Origin: Gemmatimonadota bacterium
GTDB lineage: Bacteria; 4572-55; J002
Assembly (NCBI GenBank): GCA_003697105.1
Contig: RFFQ01000191.1
Span: 1-62,522 of the forward strand
Direction of reading: 5' to 3'
Length of the DNA: 62,522 nucleotides
The notes beneath the pieces were generated by a model that searched no databases, was not told where the DNA came from, and saw only the letters and a program-made list of their open reading frames with translations. Of the stretch, positions 1-9,000 are shown in pieces. A program made the translations under genes and the position numbers. Position 1 is the stretch's first letter, and every line of letters starts with the position of its first letter.

Positions 1-3000
1 CCTTGCCCGTAATAGTTCGCAAACAAGACTAAATCGGCAAATTGAATCTGACCATCAAACCCGATGCGGTCATAGAACCCATTTACCGCCAAATCACAGC
101 GCGGATTCCAATTGACATCACCCGCTTGCGCACCATAGGCGTACAGCAACGTGAGCAGGTCAACCGAAGTAACACATTGATCGTTACCGGTAAAATCCGC
201 CAAGACCCACAAATCGGTCAGATGAAGTGAATCGACCTCTCCGAGAGCTTCCAGTAATTCCGGTGACAATTCCGGTAAAATTGTTAGGTACAGTTGGCTA
301 TATAAGCCGCTTGGTCCGAGACTACTACCGGTAAAGTGAATCTCATCCGTCACCAACGTGACACCGCCCGCAGCAGGAATATCCGGGTGTGCCAGATCAA
401 CGCGAAAACAGATCTGCGCGGTGGAATCGATGACCGGGGGAACATCAATCGCGACCACATCGGAGAGCACTATCGCAGAATCCTGCGAGACAAAAATCAG
501 GGCATCCATCAGCGAATCCTCGACGGCAAAGTCTTGCACGAGGGAGGGTTCTCCGATGGTGGAAAGGGTAAAACAGCGCTCTACCTGATGACCGGCATCA
601 GGGGGTTGGACGATTTCGTAGCGCGATGCTAAATCCAGTTGGGCAAAGGAAGGCAGGGGCGTTTCGCCGTCGCTAACTGTCCACCAATCGGTGTTAAAGG
701 TCTCCGTATAGACGGTGATCGTCCGTGTGCCTGCCACGTTTTGCGGTTCGCTTTGCGGAAACCAGGTTGAACCCCGATCCAAACTCTTCAATGGGATCGC
801 GTTGGACAGATTCATCCCATTATCATCATTTTCAATCCAAGAAAGGGTCATCGTTCGCCCATCCAATGGCGGTAAGTCCGCGGTGATAATCCAGTGACGG
901 TTAATGGTTACGCTGTCAATTGCCCCACCGGCACCGGCGATACGACGTACCGTGACATTGCCAATATCGGTCTCTCCCGCACTGATATGGACCCCGATAC
1001 CCCCCATATTGGAAGCGTTTGTCCCAACTGCCGCCGTTTTAACCAGTTGTCCCATGATGTACCGGTTTGCCTGCTCACCCTCAACCGTTGCGGTCGTCGT
1101 GAGCGTCAATGTATGGTTGCCCATTTCCAGACTTCCTGCCAACAGTTGCACCGCTCCGGAGACCGTGACATCGTGCTGAAATTCAACCCCGTTGGGATTG
1201 TTAATTACTAAATTCTGGACGGTTGAGGGGAGTTCGTAGCCACCTATTTGGGCAGTTGTTCCGGCGTAGGTTAGATTACCATTGCCTTCAAAAATCACCG
1301 GGGCGGTTAATTCTCCATCGTAACGCTGAATCGTAATCCCATCCGCCAGTGTCAGATTCACCGCCGAATTATCGAGTGTTCCATAAAGTAGATTCAAATG
1401 TGAGTACAGGGTTAAATCCACGGGTAAGACCGTCCCATGGGGGTTATCTACCGTCAATGTTGCCAGTTCTGTGATGGTCTCTGGCAAGAGGATATTTTCG
1501 GCAATCCCCCGAATTTCTACTGCCGATTCGGCGGTTGTCTGGAGCGTACCTTCACCGATATTCAACGGCTGAACAAGGCTTACTTGATTCGCGTTCAGGT
1601 GAAATGCACCACTCACCAGTGACAATGTGCCATTCACCCAAATATCCCGGTCAAGGTGGAGCGGTGCGCCGGTTTCTATCGTCAACTGATTGAGGGCATC
1701 GCTTGTACGCGGCAGTTCTTCTCCGGTGGAGGTCTCGTGCGGGGTGCGATAAATGACATTTACTTGACCGGCAAAATTAGGTGTTCCCACCAATTGACCA
1801 TTTTCGCGATAGATGGTCACACCCCCGGCAAACGTTAGGGAGGCGGCAACGCGCAAATCATTTTGGCGGGCTTTCACCGCTGGGGAGGCACCGTTTGCCT
1901 CTTTTGCCGGCGCCAGTGCTTTTTCTTTGGTAACCTGCGTTGATTTCCCGGCAAGGGCGGCACCGCGCAAATGCGCTTTGGCGGAAGGTATTGGTGTTGC
2001 TTTGGTGACATAGATGCCGTCATCTGCTTCTTTTTCCAACACCGGCACCGGATCACCGGGGATTGTGCCAAAAGGTGTATTCTGAGACAAAGCGAACGTC
2101 CCGTTTTGTAGATGTAATTCTCCGTTTAGGGTGGCATCCTGAAGGAGAGTGACTCCGCCCGGATTGTTTATGGTCAGATTTCGTAACACGCCACTGCCCG
2201 TTGGAATCTCGTTACCGCTAGTGACTGCCGTTGATCCCCCGTAAACCAGATCAATCATTCCGGCAAAATGTATGGGCTGGGCGACATCCCCCGTTTCGCG
2301 ATAAATGGTGGCACCATCTGCTACCGTCAGGGTATGTGTTCCCGGATCGATCATGCCGCCGGTGAGTGTTAGGGTCTCATGGATTGTCAGATCGCCAAGA
2401 AGTACCAGTCCATGAGGGTTATTCAGTGCTAATTCCCGGAGTTGGGAAGCACCGTCCGGTAATTGAATCTGTTCTGCCTCGCCTGTGATGTGGATCGCCG
2501 AGGTCGCATCCGTGAGGAAGTTGGCTAGTGTTCCTGCCACCGGTTGGTGGAGGATCAATGTATGGGTCGCGACGGTAAATGTTCCGGTGTCTAAGGTCAA
2601 TGTGCCGTTGATGTCTGCATCTGCGCCCAGTGTAATGCCGCCACTGTTACGGATTGTTAAATTGTTTAACTGTGACGGAAGTTCCACACCGGTGGTAAGA
2701 GCCGTATGCCCATTGTAGATCAGATTGATCGAGTCTCCAAATTGGGGAGTGTTGGCAAGGCGCCCTTCTCCAATGACCAATGTCGCATGGTCTGCCAGTG
2801 ACAGTTGGAGTGGTTCCGCGTGCAGTGTGCCCGCATTGACTATCAACTGGGTGTGTATGGTTAGCGGGTGATTTACAAGGAGTCCATTGGGATTATGGAG
2901 TTCCAATTCACTTAATTCGCTGACGGTTGCCGGTATGGAAAATCCGTTGAGGTCACCCATAATCGCTATGGCAGAAGCATGGGTTGTCGCCAGTTCTCCC

Positions 3001-6000
3001 GCCGTTTGCTGAAGTGGATGGTATAGGGTCAGACGGTAGTTGTCGAGTTGCAATGTACCGGACAGCAACGCCAGCGTATCATTTACCGCCATATCTTGGG
3101 TGAGGGTCACTATCCCGGAACCGGCGAATGTTACCCGCTGGAGCGTCCCCGGATTTGCCGGCATTTCGTTGCTGGTGCTGATGTTATGGGGATTGGTGTA
3201 TCTCAGATGAACCTCACCGGCAAACTGGGGCATACTTGCCAATTGACCCGTATGCCGGGTGATGGTTACGCCATCGAATAACGTGAGCGTAAAGCCGCCG
3301 GCGTTTAGCGTACCTTGGGCTAAAATTAGTGCCTCATAAATGGCTACATTACCGGACAACGTGGTACCATTGGGGTTATCGAGTGCCAATAGGCGTAATT
3401 GAGTAATTGTTTCCGGTAGATTCAGACCGGTACTCGTGCCGGCAAGGGCAATTGAGCTGTGTTCATCTGCTACGAGCAATTGAGGTTGTCCCGCAATTGG
3501 ATTATGCAATGTTAATTGGTAGCGACTCACATCCAATTCGCCGCCGGTGAGCGTCAATTGGTTATAAATTGCCAAATCTGCCATCAAGGTGATGGGGTTG
3601 GGGTTTTCAATGGTGAGGTTTGCCAGTTCCGTGATGCTGGCGGGAATCCCGATACCCGGGCTCGTTCCGGTAATGACCAGTGATGCCGTGGTTCCTCCTT
3701 GTAATAAGGTAGCGTTCCCCCGGATGGCATGGGTCAACGTGAGTTGGTACGCATCCAATGCCAACGCCCCCGCCAGTTCTAACACCTGATTGACCCGCAA
3801 GTCCTGCCCAAGGGTGATGCCTGCCGTATTGTTGATGGTCACATTTTGTACCACGGTGGGATCGGCGGGTATTTCGTTAGCGGTGGTGATTGCACTTTCG
3901 CCATCGTAAATCAGGTTTATGCGTGTGGTGAAGTACGGTGCTTGGGACATCGTGCCGGTGTAGCGGTGGATAGTGGTGTTTTCTGCCATCGTGAAATTAT
4001 GGTCTTGATTGGCTAGCACGCCTTGTTTCAGGGTTAATGTGCCGTTGATGGTTGTACTTTTATCCAGCGTCACCGTGGTGGGATTATTGATGGTCAAGTT
4101 ACGGAGGACATCATCTTCTGCGGGGAGTTCAAAACCGGTCGTTTGGGGTTCTGTGCCTTCATATGCCAAATCAATGACCCCCAAATACTGGATATTATCC
4201 ACTGTCCCATTTCCAATGGTGAGCGTAGCTCCTGCCGCCAGAATTACATTAAATCCATTATTATTGAGCCGCCCGTTGCGAAGCTCCAGCGATTCATGTA
4301 CAAGGAGATTGCCTTGCAACACCGTTCCGGCAGGGTTATCCAGAATAAATGAGCCGATGTGTGTTAAGGTATCGATGGTAGAGGGAGGGAGATAGATACC
4401 GCTATCGATTCCGGCAATGTAAAAACCGGAATGCTCGTTAAAGACCAGACCATCGGGGTTACCATTGACCGGATGTTCCAACCGTAACGTATGGGCTCCG
4501 ACCGTCACCGGACCATTATCGAGCGTTAATTCGCCGTAGATGTGAAGGTCATTTTGGAGATGCACACCACTGGGGCTATCGATGATTAAATTTCCGATGT
4601 TCGTGATGGTAGCGGGGAGTTGGTCTGAATTGCTGTTATGGATGATCACCGTGGAGGTACTATCAGTATAGATTCCGGCAACTTCGGTAGTGTCTTCAAC
4701 CGTACCGCGTAATACCTTGCCGCTTTCTTTTGTTACGATAGTTTGCAGGTGCTTTTCTCGCGGCGGGGTAGCGGCAGGGATAATCAACCCTAAGCCACTT
4801 AATCCGGTATAGCGTAGGGTGTTTGTACCGACGTACAACCGCCCATTATTGCTGAAGATGAGCGAATCTTGCACACTCAAATCGGTCTGCATATAAACGC
4901 CTGCCGGATTACCAATGTGGACGGTCTTGATCGTATCGGCGAGGGTTTCCGACCCCGTATTTACAGCGGAATTACCACGATAGGTCAGTAATACAGCGCC
5001 TTTAAATGTGGGGTCACCGAGCAGTTCGCCCGCTTCCCGGACAATCGTTGCCCCGATTTCAATCCAGAGCGTATCCGGGCCGGGGGACGGGTTGTAGCAA
5101 CTATCCGGGTTGTCCGGGCGGACATCAAAAATCCCTTGTAACAGATACAACGTTCGGTTGACTTCAGCCCGGGAATTGAGCATCACATAACTGGGGTTAT
5201 CGATGATCAAGTCCCGCAGGGAAAACGGGTCACTTGGGAGTTCTAAACCGGTACAGCGCGGGTTGGCGGTTTCATAGCGTACATCTATCGCCCCGCGGAA
5301 GATTGGTGGACGGGCAAGTGTACCACGGACTTGATCAATGCCGGCAAAGGGATTGATAATGAGCGGTTGGTTCTCGTTATTGAGTAACCCCTCATCTAAA
5401 TTCAAGATGCCATTGACCGTCGTGCTGTCGCTTAGAGTAACGGTGGTTTGGTTGGCGACCGTGAGATTGTTGAGTGTACCGGATTCCTGTGGAATTTCTG
5501 GTCCAGATGCCAAGGGGTTATCTCCTTGATACACCACATTGACTTGTCCATCAAATTCCACGTCCACATTTAATTGACCTTCTTCCCGAACAATGGTGGA
5601 TTGGTCACCAAAGGTCATCTGTCCAGACCGTCCCGAACCTAAGGTGATACTCCCTTCAATCAACTCCAAAATCTGTTGGATTAGTACATCATTGTCGATC
5701 TGAACGCCATCCGCGTTTAGGATACGCAACCCGTTGAAATTTTCGCCCTCTGAGGTGTTAATCACCTGATATGTGTTGCCGTTGAAGACGACCATTCCCG
5801 TACCGGGATCGAATGTGCCATGGTTCGTCCAATCCCCCTGAACGTAAATCGTGCCGCTGTCCTGAACGGTCATGTTGCCTTCAATATTGACATTACCGCC
5901 CACATTCAGGTTACCATCACCCAGATTTACATTGCCTTCGCCCACGTTCATCTGAATTTGAGCATCCGCCAGCGAAAAGCCGCCCAACTGGATGAGCAGA

Positions 6001-6053
6001 ATCAGGGCTATCCCTCTCAAAAATGCGTTGGTGTTTTTTATTTGACTTCGCAT
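1..6053 (-). CDS. Giant secreted beta-helix-repeat surface protein with a dockerin-like domain near the window edge; 3' end outside the window (>2017 aa)
   Basis: ATG at 6053 with AAGGAG SD at 6061-6066. Manual translation MRSQIKNTNAFLRGIALILLIQLGGFSLADA-QIQ (signal peptide) stays open to base 3. Many LTINNPxGVTLxxDxxVxGTLTLxxG repeats, then WTVSDGETPLP, then ADFTGNDQCVTSVDLLTLLYAYG...DGQIQFADLVLFANYYGQ. Absent from the ORF track because there is no stop codon in the window. Confidence 0.85.
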   Translation of the reverse strand, partial: MRSQIKNTNAFLRGIALILLIQLGGFSLADAQIQMNVGEGNVNLGDGNLNVGGNVNIEGNMTVQDSGTIYVQGDWTNHGTFDPGTGMVVFNGNTYQVINTSEGENFNGLRILNADGVQIDNDVLIQQILELIEGSITLGSGRSGQMTFGDQSTIVREEGQLNVDVEFDGQVNVVYQGDNPLASGPEIPQESGTLNNLTVANQTTVTLSDSTTVNGILNLDEGLLNNENQPLIINPFAGIDQVRGTLARPPIFRGAIDVRYETANPRCTGLELPSDPFSLRDLIIDNPSYVMLNSRAEVNRTLYLLQGIFDVRPDNPDSCYNPSPGPDTLWIEIGATIVREAGELLGDPTFKGAVLLTYRGNSAVNTGSETLADTIKTVHIGNPAGVYMQTDLSVQDSLIFSNNGRLYVGTNTLRYTGLSGLGLIIPAATPPREKHLQTIVTKESGKVLRGTVEDTTEVAGIYTDSTSTVIIHNSNSDQLPATITNIGNLIIDSPSGVHLQNDLHIYGELTLDNGPVTVGAHTLRLEHPVNGNPDGLVFNEHSGFYIAGIDSGIYLPPSTIDTLTHIGSFILDNPAGTVLQGNLLVHESLELRNGRLNNNGFNVILAAGATLTIGNGTVDNIQYLGVIDLAYEGTEPQTTGFELPAEDDVLRNLTINNPTTVTLDKSTTINGTLTLKQGVLANQDHNFTMAENTTIHRYTGTMSQAPYFTTRINLIYDGESAITTANEIPADPTVVQNVTINNTAGITLGQDLRVNQVLELAGALALDAYQLTLTHAIRGNATLLQGGTTASLVITGTSPGIGIPASITELANLTIENPNPITLMADLAIYNQLTLTGGELDVSRYQLTLHNPIAGQPQLLVADEHSSIALAGTSTGLNLPETITQLRLLALDNPNGTTLSGNVAIYEALILAQGTLNAGGFTLTLFDGVTITRHTGQLASMPQFAGEVHLRYTNPHNISTSNEMPANPGTLQRVTFAGSGIVTLTQDMAVNDTLALLSGTLQLDNYRLTLYHPLQQTAGELATTHASAIAIMGDLNGFSIPATVSELSELELHNPNGLLVNHPLTIHTQLIVNAGTLHAEPLQLSLADHATLVIGEGRLANTPQFGDSINLIYNGHTALTTGVELPSQLNNLTIRNSGGITLGADADINGTLTLDTGTFTVATHTLILHQPVAGTLANFLTDATSAIHITGEAEQIQLPDGASQLRELALNNPHGLVLLGDLTIHETLTLTGGMIDPGTHTLTVADGATIYRETGDVAQPIHFAGMIDLVYGGSTAVTSGNEIPTGSGVLRNLTINNPGGVTLLQDATLNGELHLQNGTFALSQNTPFGTIPGDPVPVLEKEADDGIYVTKATPIPSAKAHLRGAALAGKSTQVTKEKALAPAKEANGASPAVKARQNDLRVAASLTFAGGVTIYRENGQLVGTPNFAGQVNVIYRTPHETSTGEELPRTSDALNQLTIETGAPLHLDRDIWVNGTLSLVSGAFHLNANQVSLVQPLNIGEGTLQTTAESAVEIRGIAENILLPETITELATLTVDNPHGTVLPVDLTLYSHLNLLYGTLDNSAVNLTLADGITIQRYDGELTAPVIFEGNGNLTYAGTTAQIGGYELPSTVQNLVINNPNGVEFQHDVTVSGAVQLLAGSLEMGNHTLTLTTTATVEGEQANRYIMGQLVKTAAVGTNASNMGGIGVHISAGETDIGNVTVRRIAGAGGAIDSVTINRHWIITADLPPLDGRTMTLSWIENDDNGMNLSNAIPLKSLDRGSTWFPQSEPQNVAGTRTITVYTETFNTDWWTVSDGETPLPSFAQLDLASRYEIVQPPDAGHQVERCFTLSTIGEPSLVQDFAVEDSLMDALIFVSQDSAIVLSDVVAIDVPPVIDSTAQICFRVDLAHPDIPAAGGVTLVTDEIHFTGSSLGPSGLYSQLYLTILPELSPELLEALGEVDSLHLTDLWVLADFTGNDQCVTSVDLLTLLYAYGAQAGDVNWNPRCDLAVNGFYDRIGFDGQIQFADLVLFANYYGQ

Positions 6054-6089
6054 GAAACGACTCCTTTCCGAAGAATGAACCTCACCTGA

Positions 6090-9000
6090 CTACCGCTGCG
6101 TGGTTTGGATTCCGGTTGTCGATTGAGGCATTCCCAAAAAGGCTCGAATTTCTTCAATTTGACGTTGATTTTGCGCTTGTGCGGCACGGAGCGCTTCATT
6201 TTCCGCGCGCAGTTGGTCAATTTCGCGTTGTTGATCTTTCATTCCTTCGATGAGCAGTGCCACCAAGTGACTGTAATTGATGGTCTTATATCCGTTGCGG
6301 TCGGTTTGTACCACTTCTGGAATGACCTTTTCCACCTCTTGGGCGATTAAGCCCATTTGTACCCCTTGGGGGAAGTCCTTTTCGGGGAATTTATCACGCA
6401 ACCACTCGTAATTGACCCCGCGCAACTGGAGCACTTTTTCCAGCGCATCTTGAAGTTGGGTGATATTCCCTTTCCACCGCTGGTCGGACAGTTCTTCTAT
6501 TCCAGAGGATTTAAGGGTGCCGTTTACTTCAAATTTGGTGGTGGGGGTGGTTGTACCAATACCAACGGCATCATTTGCCGCATCCACAAAAATGAGATTG
6601 GGGTCAGTGTCGCCTTCGACCCGAAAATCATTTGTACCACCACTTTCATTCACCGTAAATTGCCCTTGCACCACGACATCTAAAGCGGTGACGGTGCCGT
6701 TGACGTCAAGTTCTGTCGTCGGGTTTAAAGTGCCAATACCGACATTGCCATTGGGAAACAGTACTTCCGAGATCGCTATTCCGCTTCGAGAGACCGAAAA
6801 CACCTCGGTAGATGTACTATAATCGTCACTGATCGCTTGAAGCCCCAGCGAGTACCCATCAGAAAGCCATTGCCAAACCCGGCTGTTTGAACTGGCACCG
6901 CCTACATAGGTGATGTCCTTTACCATCATACCTGTTGTCACGGCACGCTTAACGGTGACAGAATCCACACCTTGTAGATTCAGGGTATGAACCGTTGATG
7001 TTGTTCCGGCAGAAAGGTTACCTGTTGTCACAATAGATTGGCTGCCGAAGTCCGGGTTGATCTTTGTACCGCTGATGGTGCTGAGGTCGCTATCGGTGAT
7101 GGTGCCATCCAGAATTTTGTCTCCGGTGACGGCATTCGCGCTCAAGTCGGCATTGGATATACCGCCATCGATGACATGGGTACTATCGATGGTGTTCGTG
7201 GCGATGGATGTTGCTTGTACGTTGGTCAGTTGCGAACCATCCCCGCTAAAGGCGGTGGCGTAGATGGTATCCGCGCTGGCATTACCGGTGGTGGTGATGT
7301 TCTGGCTGCCGAAGTCCGGGTTGATCTTTGTACCGCTGATAGTGCTGAGGTCGCTATCGGTGATAGTGCCGTCTTCGATCTTGGAGCCATCGATCAGGTT
7401 ATTCGCAAGGTCGTTGCGACTAATACTTCCGTCGATGATTTTGGTGCTGTCGATGGTGTTTGTGGCGATGGAAACTGCTGGAACATTGGTTAGCAGAGAG
7501 CCATCCCCGGCAAAACGAGTGGCGCTCACGGAATCAGCACTGATTGCGCCGCTGGTGATAATGTTTTGGTTGCCAAAGTTGGGTGTTATTTTCGTTCCAT
7601 CAATTGCCGCGGTGGCACTTACATCTTCATTGAGGATGGCACCGTTGAGAATTTTATCACTGGTTACCACATTATCGCGCAAGTCTGCATTGGAAACCGT
7701 ACCATTGATGATGTGAGTACTATCAATGGTATTGGTCGAAATGGATGTTGCCGGCACATTGAGCAAGCCAGAGCCATCGCCAATGATTCGGTCGGCATTG
7801 ACTATATCCGCTTGAATATCATCTACGCTTAAATCACCTGTGGTAATAATGGTTTGGGCACCAAAATTCGGTGTGATTTTGCTCCCGGCAATGGTACTAA
7901 CATCGTCAGTACCAATACTACCATCTTGGATATGGCTTCCGTTGATCGCGTTGGGGCGAATATCACTGCCGCTAATACCTCCGTTAATGATGTGGGTGCT
8001 GTCAACCCTATCCGGTTCAATGGAAATCCCGCTCAAATTCGATCCATCCCCCACGAAGGAGGCATAGACGGTGTCGGCTTCGATATTTCCAGCCACATCT
8101 AATTCGCGGGTGGGGATGTTGGTGCCAATTCCGACAAAGTTTCCATCTTTGGGGGCGTATAGGAGTCCATTGTTGATACCGATATTTTCGGAGACCATCA
8201 GATTATTGTAGGTGCCGCTAACTTCCCCGCCAAAGGTAGAATCCACGGTCAAATCGTTGGAGCTATCCATATCCCAATTGGTGAAGGCGGTTCCACTCAC
8301 GCCCCCGTTGATGGTCAATTCCGAGTTGGCATCGTCCCACAATAAATTTGGGGTATTGGAGAGGGTGGTAGGTCCCGTCCAGAATGCCAACCGTCCGGCT
8401 TCACCGACACCGGTTAAACCGCTTCCTTCCAGAGTCACCGGTGTTTCCGTACCGGCTTGATTCATATAATAGAGGCGTCCATCACTACTTTTTACATACA
8501 ATTTGCCATAGCCTAACGAGGGGGTTGGGGTGGTGGTACCGCCGAGGCTAAGTACACCTTCTACCGTTAGCCGCTCGTTCGGTTGAGCTGTACCGATTCC
8601 CACGTTACCATTTGTGCGAACAACAAACAGCGAATCGGTTTCACGCAAATTGGTTTGTCCTAGGATGGCAAATTCTCCGATGGCATCACGCAACACATCC
8701 GAGCCTAAATCAAAATAGGCGCTTCCACCGGAAACGTGAAGTCTGCCGGCGGGGTTATCTGTACCGATTCCGACGTTTCCATCATTGTGGACAACAAGAA
8801 GGGTATCGGTTTCGCGCAAATTGGTTTGCCCTAAGATGGCAAATTCTCCGATGGCATCGCGCAACACATCCGAGCCTAAATCAAAATAGGCGCTTCCACC
8901 GGAAACGTGAAGTCTGCCGCCGGGATCATCTGTGCCGATTCCGACGTTTCCATCATTTTGGACAACAAAGAGGGTATCGGTTTCGCGCAAATTGGTTTGC

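Noticed and set aside
42-6089. Numerous short plus-strand ORFs
   Set aside because: Antisense shadows of the giant minus-strand gene
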